Positions 25,071 to 38,445 of a DNA stretch of 64,000 bases are shown in pieces. The first letter of the stretch is position 1. Every line of letters begins with the position of its first letter. Origin of the DNA: Hypanus sabinus (taxonomy: Eukaryota); NCBI RefSeq assembly GCF_030144855.1, contig NC_082714.1, positions 93,744,001 to 93,808,000 on the forward strand, written 5' to 3'. The notes beneath the pieces are model-generated. The model saw only the letters and a list, made by a program, of their open reading frames with translations, made no database searches and was not told where the DNA came from. The position numbers and the translations under genes were made by a program.

Positions 25071-25509
25071 CTAGAGAAAGAGAATTGTTGCTTGGGGAAA
25101 TCATAGCGTCCAAGTACGTTTCATTCTGGTATTCATTTGTGTGTCATGTGAATCACTCGAAGCGGATATAAACTAATTCTAAAGAAGAAGAGAGGGCAAA
25201 AGAAATAAACGAACTTGTCATGGACATCAGACATTTCAGTAGAGGTTCACTTCCAGCTGCTCAAAAGGTTATTCGGATTGTGAAAACAATGAAGGGGTTG
25301 GTGAAGATGAACAAATCTTTAAATGAATAAATACAGATAAATACTAACCGTGACGTTCATGTAACAGCGAGTTACTCCAGCTGACATAACACCATAAGTC
25401 ATAGGAGCGGAATTAGACCATTCGGCCCATCGAGTCTGCTCTGCTATTCCATCACAGATGAGTATCAATATTTTATGTGCAAAACGTCGTCTCAGCTTGA
25501 TCTGATTCA

Positions 25510-25812
25510 ATTGTATGATGGAACACGCTCTTGGTTCTCGTCTTTCCCGCAACCCCAAGTAGTACGATGCAGGTATAGACTCCGCCGTTCCTCCAGGTTA
25601 CCAAATGGATCATCACCTGACTTATAACACGATAGCTCTGTTCAGGGTCAAGTGTGCCCGGGTCGCTCCATCCTCCCATGATCTGACCTGATATGGTGCA
25701 GTAAATGACAATTTGGAAGGAAGAAAATCCTCTGACAAGACGTATCAGGGGAACCGGCCTGTTACTCTCAGACGGCGGGATAAATGTCAGGATGTAGCTC
25801 CGGTTGGTGGAA
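25510..25812 (-). pseudogene. C1-set Ig exon, degenerate
   Basis: LI(R)LVRGFSSFQIVIY(C)TISGQIMGGWSDPGTLDPEQSYRVISQVMIHLVTWRNGGVYTCIV aligns with the intact C1 LMCLVRGVSSHSLSIRWNISG...DPDGGYSVRS...WRSGAVCSC. Cys to Arg (CGT), Trp to Cys (TGC), 5' frameshift; 3' boundary approximate. Confidence 0.85.
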
Positions 25813-25899
25813 CTGTCCAGACAGAGATTGATACGCCGTTAACCGCAGCTTCAACAGAAGTGCATGGCTGATTATATTCCCACTGTCAAGTACTCTTAC

Positions 25900-26231
25900 C
25901 TCCAACAAGAAGTGCAAGCTCTTTAACAAGCGACGGATGGCGCCCCACCCCCCACACCGCCATTCTAGCACAGCAGTAGAAACTGGAATCCTCCACACGG
26001 ACGTCACGGATTTCGGGCACTGATGTGCGACTGCAGCAGCGTCTTTTTGCAAGTAGTCCTAGAGCCGGTCTGTCAGCAGTCGGTGAATTTGATCGCTACA
26101 GGGGTTTCGGTCGCACGCTGTTTGTGCCACAGGATATTGCTCGCAGGCCTCCAGTTTCTGCATGTGTTCACAGGTTACTTCAACCGTCTGACCGAAATCA
26201 ACAGCCATTGCAGCCGGATTGGGCTTTGCAA
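25900..26231 (-). pseudogene. Ig V(J) exon, frameshifted, with an in-frame stop
   Basis: CAG acceptor; VDFGQTVEVTC, ILWHKQ and EIRDVRVEDSSFYCCAR in three successive frames; ends LALLVG|GTAAG (phase 1); 332 nt. Confidence 0.85.
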
Positions 26232-26329
26232 CTGGAATTATTATCATTTCTAATAATTAGAAATTATAATAATTAGAATTATCAGTTCTAGTAATCTACT
26301 ATGGAATAAAATTAGAGATTCGTTTCTAC

Positions 26330-26395
26330 TTATTGTTTAATGTATCCATCTGAACAACATCGAAGGGAAGACTAGAAAGCCAATGTATGTCGTTT
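26330..26395 (-). pseudogene. Possible decayed leader exon for the - strand pseudogene
   Basis: (ACG)TYIGFLVFPSMLFRWIH*TI then weak donor GTAGAA in phase 1; adjacent to the assembly gap. Confidence 0.25.
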
Positions 26396-26432
26396 TGAGC
26401 AAATATATGTGTGAGAGAGAGGGAGAGGTGAG

Positions 26433-26588
26433 NNNNNNNNNNNNNNNNNNNNNNNNNNNNNNNNNNNNNNNNNNNNNNNNNNNNNNNNNNNNNNNNNNNN
26501 NNNNNNNNNNNNNNNNNNNNNNNNNNNNNNNNNNNNNNNNNNNNNNNNNNNNNNNNNNNNNNNNNNNNNNNNNNNNNNNNNNNNNNNN
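26433..26588. other. Assembly gap (156 N) flanked by GA-rich simple repeats
   Basis: Direct observation. Confidence 0.99.
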
Positions 26589-26639
26589 CGGAAAGAGATG
26601 AATGCAAAAGTGTAGAAACGGAAAGAGATAGAGACAGAT

Positions 26640-29420
26640 AGGGACAGAAATTGCCTTAAATACACCCAACGACCGGTGCTCCACAGCTGCCTTTGGTAAT
26701 AAATTCCATAATTTCACCACCCTCTGTCTATAGAAATTTCTCATCATCTCTGTTTTAAATGAACGCCCCTGAGGCTGCGCCCTCTAGCCCCACTCCCCAT
26801 CATGGGAAACATGCTTTCTACATTTACTCTGCCTAGGTCTTTCAACACTCGAAAATGTTAAATGAGATTCACCCCCCAACCTTCTAAATTCCAGTGAATG
26901 TAGACCCAGAGCGTTCCCCTATGATAAGCCTTTCATTCCCACCGTCATCCTTCTGAACCTCACCTGAACTCTCTTCAATGTCAGCATATTTTTCTTAGAT
27001 GAGGAACTGAAAACAGTTTACAACACTCAAGATGAGGCCGCACCAGTGCTTGTAAAGCCTCAGCATCACACCACTGACCTTTTATTCTAGACCTCTTGAA
27101 ATTAATGCTAAATTGCATTTGCATTCCTCATCACCGACTCCACTTGCTGCTACGTTCCCTTCTGGCAAACGTTCACCTGGCTAATTTCCTGAGGAATTGG
27201 GCCTCTATCACCTCGTTTAATTCCCAATCATTCCCAGGTTCCACTAACTACGAACACCTGCCTTCCATCAGCAAATGCAGTATAAAAATCCTGTGACCAC
27301 AACAAGGAGCTGCCAGTTCGTTGGTCTACTCGTGCACGAACAACCTCGTTCCATGATTCTTAGGATTATCAGTTCTAAGTCTAGCAAAGTTCTTGAAATC
27401 TCTACTAAAACCAAGACTCTGGGTAAAGACTCTCTTGGCACCAGTTCCGCGCCGGTGTTCAGTATTTGGGTTCGTTCCACATCTTACAACATCTGCACGT
27501 TCATCTTTACGGTGTTCTGCATAAGGGCTACCAAGTCCCTTTACACATCAGATTTTGGGATATTTTTTCCACATTTTGAAACTTGCCTGTGCAATTATTT
27601 CATCTACATGCCCATACTTGTTTCAGCATTGTATTTTATTTGCTCAACACTACCTTCATCTACACAATATCTCCGTAACATCTGCAGAATTAGCAAGGAA
27701 GCCATCTATCCCGTCATCTAAATCATTAATATGGAGCATCAAACGAAGCCGTCCGAATACCGACCCCTGCAGAACACTGCTAGTCACTAGCAACCAATCT
27801 AAAATGTTTCTTTTTATTCCCACTCTCTGCCCCTGCCAATCAGCCAATGTTGTATTCATGCCAGTAACCTTTCTGTAATACCCTGATCTCTAATCTTGGC
27901 AAATAGCCTCATGCGTGGCACCTTGTCAAAAGCCTTCTTAAAGTCCAAGTATAAAAGATCCACTGCACCCCCTTTATCTATCCTACTTGTAATCTCCTTA
28001 AAGAATTTTAACAGGTTGGTCAGGCAAGATTTTCCCTAAAGTCTTCTGGCAGCATACCAGAGTTCAAGGATTTTTGCAAGATCATTACAAATTCCTCCAC
28101 AATGTTTAGAGCTACTTCGGTTAGAACCCTATGTGGGAGTTCATCTGGCCCTGATGACCTATCTTAGTTGTTTCAGCGTTTTACCTTCTCCTTTGTAATG
28201 GTACCTGCACACAATTCTCTTCCCTACACTCTTAAACAGCTGACACAGTGCTATCGTCTTCCACAGTGAGGACTGATGCAAAATACACATTTGGTTCATC
28301 TATTATTATTTCTCTGCACTCATTTTCCCATCGGTCTTATAACAACTCTCACTTCTTTCTTTTTTACGTATTTCGGAAAGGCTTTTACTAAACACGTTGA
28401 TATAGTTTGCGAGCTAATTTTTATATTTTATCTTTTCTCACCTAATGATGATTTTCATTGCTCTCTATAGGCTTTTAACAGCTGTACAATCTTCTATCTT
28501 CCCACAATTTTTTTTTGTACAGTGATATGCCCTCTCATTTACTTTTACTTTAGCTTTGACTTCCCCTGTCATCCCAGGTTGTACTAGTTTTCCAATTGAC
28601 TATTTAATTATTGTTGGAATACATCTATCCTACATCTTTCCCATTTATTTCCCAGAACCTCACACCACTGATGCTCTGCTGGCATGCTTGCCAGCGTCTC
28701 CTTCCAAGTTACTTTGGTCAACTCCTCTCTCATACCAAATAAATTTCCTCTACTCCATTGAAATAGCGTAACTTCAGACCTTACTTTCTATATCAGTTTT
28801 CCAGCTGAACTCAATCATATTGTGATCACTGGGTTCTAAGGGTTCCTTTATCCTAAGCACCCTTATCACATCCAGTTCATTACATAACATCCAGTCAGCT
28901 GATCCCTCAGAAGGTTCAACAACAAACCGCTCTAAAATTCCATTTCGTTTGCATTCCACAAACTCATTCTATTGAGATCCATTTCCAACTTCATTTTCCC
29001 AATCGATCTGCTTGTTGAAATCCCTCACAGCTATTACTTTTGACACCTCTTTTTTATTTACCGTTGTTATCTGTGGTCCTCATCCCAACTACTATATATA
29101 GCTGCTGTTGGAGCCCTTTTAACCTTGCAGTTACTTAGGACATCCCACAAAGATTCCACATCTTCTGATCCTACACTATCTCATATCTTTCTACTGATTT
29201 GATACCATTCTTTACAAGCAGAGCCAATCCAACTACTATGCCTACCTTTATAACCCTCTAATACAACGTGTAAGCTTGGACATTCACCTCCAAACCACAA
29301 CCATCTTTCAGCCACGATTTCAGTGATGGCCACAACATCATACATGGCGATCTGCAAGAGTGCAACAAGAACATGCACCTTATTTCTTATCCTCCGTGGA
29401 TTGTGCCCCATTGACTCCGT
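26640..29420 (-). mobile_element. Degenerate CR1 ORF2 fragments (endonuclease to RT to 3' end)
   Basis: YDVVAIT (29181-29411), EPLEPSDHNMIEF (28774-28959), VLQGSV...HINDLDDGI (27656-27859). Confidence 0.8.
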
Positions 29421-31144
29421 GTGTTAAATCTGGATATTTCAATTCCATTCACTGCATGCGTACAACTCACCCAAGGCTGCTGGCTGATTAGGTGAATATT
29501 ATTTTTCTCAAAATAAACCGTCTAATATCTTATCATTCTTACATTCATAATCAATGTTTTCAGTGCTGGTCTGTTGCATTCCTTTAAAACCAATTTGGAC
29601 TATGGGCACTTATGTGGCCCCCTGGGGGTGGTATAGTTCTAAGACAGTGAGGGATTACTCATCCAATCCGGGTCCTCTCTCCAGCAGCGGTGTAACCTTA
29701 TAGTGCGGTCCTCCGCTTCTGAGCCCTTGTGTTAACGGCTTCATTTTCAGTTTATCACTTAGCATTTAACACTACAACCTGGTATGGACTAGTACATTAT
29801 TCCCGATTTACTGGGACTGAGTTAATTTCACTTGGGCATTTGAATACCAGCATCTTTCTGGGTCCGTAGTGATACACTAGATGAAAGAAGGATGGTAGAT
29901 TTAGTACCGATTCATTAGTAAACTAGGCGGGATCTAAGCGACGGAACCATGGATTCCATTTTTAAGTGTTTGTAGTTCTATTTATTTTTCAGTATATTTG
30001 AAGCCACTCTTGGCTAGAAGGCATTCGATCTCGTGTCTTCGTTGCAGCGGCCCGGCCTGGCAGCTCTCCGGAGCAGATCTAATCACGTGACACTATCTTG
30101 GTTTCATCTGATCATCTGGACCACTCCTTCCATAGCCTGCTCCAATCATTGCCTTACCGCTGCCATCAGCACGACTACGTATTCCACCTCCGAAATCATC
30201 AGAGCTATCGCCAAGCCCCTTCTGACAAACTTCAACCAACCCTGCCCTCATACCTCCTGACAGCTGCCACTAGAAGAATCTTACCTCATGTTTCACTTGG
30301 GATAAAGTTTGAAATTAGTATATTACTAACGGCGAAATCCGTCATGGATATTTTAAATAAATTCTTTCTCAGGGAAAGAGAACACATTACACTCGTACAG
30401 CTAGTTTCATACAAAAAGTGAAACATAGAAACATAGAAGACCTACGGCACAATACAGGCCCTTCAGCCCGCAATACCCCTTCATCATCTTATACACCTCT
30501 ATCTCATCCTCCGTCGCTCCAAGGAGAAAAGGCCGAGTTCACTCAACGTATTCTCGTACAGCATGCTCCCCAATGCAGGCAACATCCTTGTAAATCTCCT
30601 CTGCACTCGTTCTATAGTTTCAATATTATTCCTGCCGTGAGGTGAGCAGAACAGAGCACAATTCTCCAAGTGGAGTCTGACCAGGGTCCTATGTAGCTGT
30701 AACATTACTTTTCGGCTCTTAAACTCAATCCTACTCTTGATGAAATCTAATGCACCGATGCCATCTGGACCACTAAGTCAACCTGCACAGCGGCTTTGAG
30801 TGGTCTATGGACTCGGTCCACAAGATCCTTCTGATCATCCACACTGCCAAGAGAGTTGCCATTAATAGAGAGAGTACAGAAAAGATTTACTAGAATGTTA
30901 CCTGGGTTTCAGCACCTAAATTATAGAAAAAGGTTGATCAAGTTAATTCTTTATTCTTTGGAGCGTAGAAGGTTGAGGGGGAATTCAGCCCACAATACCC
31001 CTTCATCATCTTATACACCTCTATCAGGTTATATCTCATCCTCGGTCACTCCAAGGAGAAAAGGCCGAGTTCACTCAACGTATTCTCGTACGGCATGCTC
31101 CCCAATGCAGGCAACATCCTTGTAATATACTAAAAGATACTAAA

Positions 31145-32063
31145 CTGGGTGGCAGTGTGACATGCGAAGAGGACGTTAGGAGAATACAGGGAGACTTGGA
31201 TAGGCTGGGTGAGTGGGCAGATACTTGGCAGATGTCATTCAATGTGAATAAATGTGAAGTTATCCATTTTGGAAGTAGGAACAAGAGGACAGAGTATTGT
31301 CTGAATGGTGTAGAGTTAGGTAAGGGAGAAATGCAAAGAGACCTAGGAGTCCTAGTTCATCAGTCAATGAAGGTGAATGAGCAAGTGCAACAGGCAGTGA
31401 AGAGGGCAAATGGAATGTTGGCCTTTATTACAAGGGGAATTGAGTACAAGTGCAAGGATGTCCTTTTGCATTTGTACAGGGCCCTGGTGAGACCACACCT
31501 GGAATATGGTGTACGGTTTTGGTCTCCAGGTTGAAGGAAAGACATTCTGGCAATTGAGGGAGTGCAGCGTAGATTCACTAGGTTGATTCCTGGGATGGCA
31601 GGGCTGTCTTACGCAGAGAGATTGGAGAGATTGGGCTTGTACACGCTGGAATTGAGGAGATTGAGAGGGGATCTGATTGAAACGTTTAAGATAATTAAAG
31701 GATTTGATAGGATTGAGGCAGGAAATATGTTCCAGATGTTGGGAGAGTCCAGTACCAGAGGGCATGGATTGAGAATAAGAGGTCAGTTATTTAAAACAGA
31801 GTTGAGGAAGAGCTTCTTCTCCCAGAGAGTTGTGGAGGTGTGGAATGCACTGCCTCGGAAGAAGGTGGAGGCCAATTCTCTGGATGCGTTCAAGAAGGAG
31901 CTAGATAGATATCTGATGGATAGGGGAATCAAGGGATATGGGGACAAGGCAGGGACTGGGTATTGATAGTGAATGATCAGCCATGATCTCAGAATGGCGG
32001 TGCAGACTCGAGGGGCCGAATGGTCTACTTCTGCACCTATTGTCTATTGTCTATTGTCTATTG
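31145..32063 (+). mobile_element. Young 5'-truncated CR1 copy
   Basis: ORFs 31157-31534 and 31562-31966 carry RT C-terminal motifs separated by one stop; (ATTGTCT)n tail. Confidence 0.92.
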
Positions 32064-33438
32064 TCATCCAGTGAGCAGTAGTTCTATGTTATATTGTTAG
32101 TGAGTGAATTCAGAGGAGAATAGTTGGATTGGTTCAAGCTGACAGCAAGGAAACGGTAATCCGATTGTACTAACAATGTTCTGCAGACCACGCGTTTCAT
32201 CAGTGATGAAGAAAGGCAAATCTGTTCGCAGAATATGTCAAACAGCAGCAGAAGGTCATAAACATGCAGGAAGTACCTGATAAATTAGTAAGAGTACAGA
32301 TTACTATCATACTTCCTCCATTGCCTCTTCCTAATCCGCCTATTTACTGCTGTCATCTAATAACTCATTGAATTGGTTAAACCTTGGATACGCTGTAGGA
32401 GCATATTCATGCTTAAACAGTTCACGTGAGTCAAATGAAAGAGGATACCCAGAACTGATACACAGGTGCAGAAACGTAATATGGGGAGAGCTGACTATGT
32501 TTAATTCGGATGTTAAGAGCTTCTTGATTAGTAAGGGCGAAGAAGATACCACGGAGAGGGCAGGGAATAAAATAAATATAATAAATATTAATAAAGGTTA
32601 ATAAATCAGCCATGATGGAATGGCGGGTCAAACGTGATGGGCTGAATCGCCTAATACAGATACTATGTTTCATGCTTTAAGATTAAGAAGTATTTCTGAA
32701 ACTTTTCAGTACGCATTTACACTGTCAGTGTCAGGGAGGAACGAAATAAAAAGTCAATGAATGCCTGAAGGAATGTATCGAAGTGAAGGATGGCACCAGT
32801 CTAGAGGATGGCCCTTTTGGTAAACTCGGATTTTGTGAATGAATGAACCTCTTGATGTTTACGTGGACTTCAGCAAGTTCATAGTCAAGGCTAAACATGG
32901 TAAGCTGGTTCGGAAGCTTGGAAAATATCCGGCCCAGGATGAGTGTGCCAATGACGTAAAACACGTTTGTGTGGCATTGGACTGGGAGCGGTACTGAAAC
33001 ATCCTTTTACACACAGGAGGACTTCTGTCAATGGAGTACAACAGGAACATGCGCTCTCTCTACGATTGTTCGGTTACAATAATCACTTGGATGAAAAAAT
33101 AGTTGGCATGCTTTGCATGTTGCATTTTGGGATGATAAGCTGCAATAACTTCCGCGTCAAATTGCAGAAACCTGGGTCGTGTTCTTTATAGAGAGACCGA
33201 GGGTCGCCAGCTGCCAAATGAATGATGCTGAAACACGTTATGGCCAAACATATATCAATTCCAACCTGGAATTTGGCGGGCTATTAGAGAGTGAACTGCT
33301 TCAGTTGTTAGTTCTTGACTGAACTGCATGATAGCACAGTTCCTCATCCTGCCCACCATCGCTTAACCCCCTCCCCAACAAAGGAAACAGATTTTACGTC
33401 TCTTTTGCTTTCAATTCTGTAATGTGTCATGTGTAATG

Positions 33439-33957
33439 TGACATTCTGGCAATTGAGGGAGTGCAGCGTAGATTCACTAGGCTGATTCCTGGGATGGCAG
33501 GGCTGTCTTACGCATAGAGATTGGAGAGATGGGGCTTGTACACGCTGGAATTGAGGAGATTGAGAGGGGATCTGATTGAAACGTTTAAGATAATTAAAGG
33601 ATTTGATAGGATTGAGGCAGGAAATATGTTCCAGATGTTGGGAGAGTCCAGTACCAGAGGGCATGGATTGAGAAGAAGAGGTCGGTTATTTAAAACAGAG
33701 TTGAGGAAGAGCTTCTTCTCCCAGAGAGTTGTGGAGGTGTGGAATGCACTGCCTCGGAAGAAGGTGGAGGCCAATTCTCTGGATGCGTTCAAGAAGGAGC
33801 TAGATAGATATCTGATGGATAGGGGAATCAAGGGATATGGGGACAAGGCAGGGACTGGGTATTGATAGTGAATGATCAGCCATGATCTCAGAATGGCGGT
33901 GCAGACTCGAGGGGCCGAATGGTCTACTTCTGCACCTATTGTCTATTGTCTATTGAC
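33439..33957 (+). mobile_element. Young 5'-truncated CR1 copy, nearly identical to 31540-32055
   Basis: Direct comparison shows only a handful of differences. Confidence 0.92.
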
Positions 33958-34379
33958 TTGATAGAGGTATGTAGAATTACGAGTGGTATTGATAGAACTG
34001 ACGTGCATAGGTATTTTCCATTGAGAGTAGGGGAGATTCAGACAAGAGTACATGAGTTGAGATGTAGGGGCAAAAGTTTAGGGGTAAGACGAAGGGGAAT
34101 TTCTTTACATGGAGAGTGGTAGCTGTGTGCAACGAGATTCCAGTATAAGTGTTAGAGGCAGATCCGATATTGTCATGTAAAGTAAAATCAAATAGGTATA
34201 TGGACAGGAAAGGAATGGAAGGTTATGGGCTGAGTGCAGCTAGGTGGGACTAGGTGAGAGTAAGTGTTCGGAACGGACGAAAAGGGCCGGGATGGCCTGT
34301 TTCCGTGCTGTAATTGTTATATGGTTACATAGTTATTAATAATACATTCTACCATCATATTTGATCCACTAAAATGAAA

Positions 34380-37300
34380 CATCTCACACTCATCGGTGTT
34401 GAGATAACACTTATCCATCTGCCACTACTCAGCACAGATTTGCATTCTATTAATGTCCCGCTGTACCCTCTGACAGACCTTCAAACAAACTACAACACTC
34501 ACACTCTTTGTGTCACCAGTAAATTTTCTAAGACATCCCTTCTCTTCTTCATGCAGATTAGTTATAAAAGTCACGAAGAGAAGGGGTCCCAGAACTGATC
34601 CCAGAACACTGCCCACCGACCTTCATGCAGTATATGACCCGTTTATAACCACTCTTTGTCTTCTGTTGTCAAACCATTTCCGGATCCACAAAGCAAGGTC
34701 CCCTCGGATCCCATGCTTCCTTACTTTCTCCATAAATCTTGCATGGGGTACCTTATCAAATGCCTTCATGGAATCTATATACACTACATCTACTGCTCTA
34801 CCTTCATCAACGTGTTTGGTCTCATCCTCAAAAAATTCAGTCAGACTCGAGGTGTAAAATTCTTTAAGTTCCACAGATATCTTCTCCCCTCCATACACAG
34901 TTTTTCACCGTCACATTTAATTGGTCCTATTCTTTCACGACTACATCCGTTGGGTCGTCACATGCTTGTAAAATGCCTTGGAGATTTCCTTATTTCTGCC
35001 CGCCAAGGCCTTCTCACGACCCCTTTCTGGCTCACTTAATTCCCTTCTTAAGCTTCTTCCTCGCAGCCTTATAATCTTCTAGATCTCTAACATTACCTAG
35101 ATCTGTGAACCTTTCTTGTGCTTTTCTTTTCTTCTTGATTTTCTACAGCACGGTTCCGGTACACTACCATAACTTCCCTGTCTCAATGGAACGTAACTAT
35201 ATAAAACACTACACAAATATCCCCTATCTGCTCCTCGATATCCCTGTTAATATTAAAAAAAAACAATGAAGTTCCTAACCTCCATGCAAAAGACACTTAG
35301 ACAATCCCTCCATGGTGTCCATCTTTTCTGCAGCCGTAAAACTAACTCAGATCAACAGTGCCACACCTCCCTCCATCTCCTTTCAGAAATATCTAAAACC
35401 CGGCACCTAAAGTAGCAATTTATGCCCCGAAGCTATCCAAGTCTCGTAATGGCCACCACATCATATCTCCAAGTACTGATCCACACTCTAAGCTCATCTG
35501 CATTGTTCACAACACGCCTTGCGTTAAAGTAGACACTTCTCAAGCCGTCGGTCTGATCGCGTCCCTTCTCTATCACATGCGTATCCTGCCTGATAGACTC
35601 TATCCAAGCTTTCTCTATTTGTGAACCAACCGCTTCTTCCCCAGTCTCTTCAGTTCGGCTACAACCGTCCAACAATTTAAACTCTCCCTATCTGTCTCAG
35701 CAAAACTCCCCACCAGGATATAGGTTCCAAGATTCAAGTCAAACCCGTCCTATTTGTACAGGTCACACCTGCCCCAAAAGAGGTCCCAATGATCCTGAGC
35801 TCTGAATCCCCGTCCCCTGTCCCAATCCCTCAGCCACGCATATTCCTCCAACTCATCCTATTCATATTTTCACTGTCACGTGGCACAGGCTTTAATCTCC
35901 AGATTACTACCTTTGTGCTCCTGCTTCTCAACTTCCTTCCTAAGTCTCTGTAGTCTTTTATCAGGACCTCTTAAATTTTCTTACCTATATCATTTGTTCC
36001 AGTATGTACCACGACCTCTGGCTGTTCTCCCTCTCACCGCAAGATAACTTGGATGCGATCCGAAACATCTCGGACCCTGACACCTGGGTCAACTACAATC
36101 CGAATTTCTTTCCTGCGTCCACAGAATCGCAAGTCTGATCCCCTAACTATAGAGTCTCCTATCACTACTGCCTTCCTTTTCCTTTCCCTACCGTTCTGAG
36201 CTACAGAGCCAAATTCTGTGCCAGAGGGACAGCCACAGCCGCATTCCCCAGGTTGGCTGTCTCCACCCCCCTCCAGTACTCAAACAGGAGTACTTGTTGT
36301 CAAGGGGTACAGCCACAGGGGTAATCTCTAGTACCTGAGTCTTCCCCTTTCTCTTCCTGACTGACACGCTTCTCTGTCTCCTGTAGCCCCGGTGTGACCA
36401 CCTGCCTGTATCTCCTCTCTATCACCTCCTCGCTCTCCCTGACTTGGCAAAGGCCATCGAGCTGCATCTCCAGTTCCCTAACTTGGCCCCTTAGAAGCTG
36501 CAGCTCCAAAGACCTGATGCAGATATGGCCGTCCCGGAGGCCGGGAGACTCCAGGATCCACCACATCTGACACTGAAGACAAAACTAGCCTCACACACAT
36601 ACCTCCTACCTCGCCTCGCCTCGTTACCGCCTAAACCCACTGAGCCAACGCCATATCACTCTCTGCTGCTTCTCAGTCCGCTGGAGGTGGCGGCTTCTTT
36701 TTAAACATTTTGCGTTCTGGTGGGTGACGTCACACGCCTAGCAGTCTCGCCTCTCTTTAACCCGTGTGGTTAAAAAACTCCCTCGATTCAAAACATCAGC
36801 AGTTCACTCGCAGACGTCGCTCTGAATTTAAAAAAAAACGCCGAAGATTCCTTGCCTTTTTAAACCTTTCGCGCTTTGGCCCCTTTCCATATCTAATTTG
36901 CACCCACAGAGACCCAGTAGGCAATAACTCCATGATTTCCTCATTTTCTACAGTCGTGACACTATCTCTGACCAGCAGTGCAACATGTCTACCTCTTTTG
37001 ACCCCCACCCCGTCGTTTCTGAAGCATCTAAAGCCTGGCACTCCAAGTGACCGTTCCTACCCCTGAGCAATACAAGTACCTGTAAAGACCACAACCTCAT
37101 CGCTTCAAGTACTGATCCCCGCTCTAAGCTCATCTGCTTTGTTCATGATGTTCCTTGCATTAAAACAGTCACATCTCAAATCATCGGTCAGACCGTATCC
37201 ATAATCTATCACCTGCCTATCGTCCCTCTAACACTGTCTCCAAGCTTTCTCCGATTGTGAGCCAATCGCCTCTTACTCCTTCTTCACTGTTCGGTTCGCA

Positions 37301-38170
37301 ACCTCCGCAATTCTAGTTTAAACTCTCCCCAAGAGCAAACCTTCCTGCCAGGATATTGATTCCTCTAGGAATGAAGTGCATCCGGTCTTTTTTATACAGG
37401 TCACGCTTGTCCCAACTGAGACCAGACTCTGTGCCAGAGTCGTGGACACTGTTGCTTTCCCCAGGTAGGCTGTCCACACCCCCCCCACCACCGCACAAAC
37501 TATACCAAATATGAATACTTATTGTTAAGCGGGACAGCCACAGCGGCACTCTCTAGTATCTGACTCTGATTGTGAGCCGATCGCCTCTTCCTCCTTCTTT
37601 ATTGTTCGGTCCCTAAACCCCAGCAATTCTAGTTTAAACTCTCCCCGAGCAAACCTCCATGCAAGGACATTGATCCGTCTGGGAATCAAGTGCATCCCGT
37701 CCCAATTATCCAGATATCGGAATCACGGCACGCTGCTCCAGTCCCTCAGGCCACGAATTTATCATCCACCTCCCTCACTCTGTTCCTATATTTACTGTCG
37801 CTTGGCACAGGCATTAAGCCCGAGACGACTGCATTTGAGGTCCTACTTCTCAACTTCCTTCATATATCCCTGTAGACTGACTTCAGGATTTCCTCCCTTT
37901 ACCTACCTATGTTGCAGTGCCAATATGTAGCACGACCTCTGACCGTTCTCCTTCCAACTTCAGGATATCGTGGACGCGATCAGAAATATCTCGGACTCTG
38001 GCCATTGTGAGGCAATCTACCATCGGTGTTTCTTTCCTGCGTCCACTGAATTGCCTGTATGACCTCCCAACTACAGAGTACCCTATTACTGGTGCCTTCT
38101 TCCTTTCCTTAACTTTCTGAGGCACAGGACCAGACTCTGTGTCAGAGTCGCGGCTGCTGTTGCTTTCCCT
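34380..38170 (-). mobile_element. Stack of degenerate CR1 fragments (RT, endonuclease, ORF1)
   Basis: DVVYIDSMKAFDKVPH (34623-34898), YFNARRV...YDVVAIT (35433-35675), ORF1 coiled-coil (36300-36566), esterase VVLHIGT (37907-38200). Confidence 0.8.
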
Positions 38171-38199
38171 AGGTAGGCCATTCACCCCCGCCCCCCCCA

Positions 38200-38445
38200 A
38201 TTTCCTTTCTCGCGCAAATAGTTACCGCGGTAAGGCGGTTCCGTTGATTCGTACATACAGTGAAACGGTTTGGAAAGAGCTCAGCGGGGTCCCATGAGTC
38301 TGCAGAAGGGGGAGTCCGATCCTCCGAGATGGGACTATTCTTCCCGCGGGGATTATGGCGTTTCCTGCTGAGAACAGCTTTACGGATCAAATTGGCCAAC
38401 TGCTCGCTTACCGCGTCTGTGTCACTCGGGCTCAGTCGCCGCTTT
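38200..38445 (-). pseudogene. Possible degenerate Ig V exon, divergent from the intact gene
   Basis: Strong acceptor ttttccatttcctccactcaaccctctccag; VTQT, SVKLF, FPNRFT and GNY-x-CAR (one base missing) across frames; several stops. Confidence 0.35.

Noticed and set aside
30033-30300. C...SYRQAPSDKLQ resembling V-domain WYRQAP after a good acceptor
   Set aside because: No Trp, no DxGxYxC, an upstream stop in frame and no J motif; likely chance.
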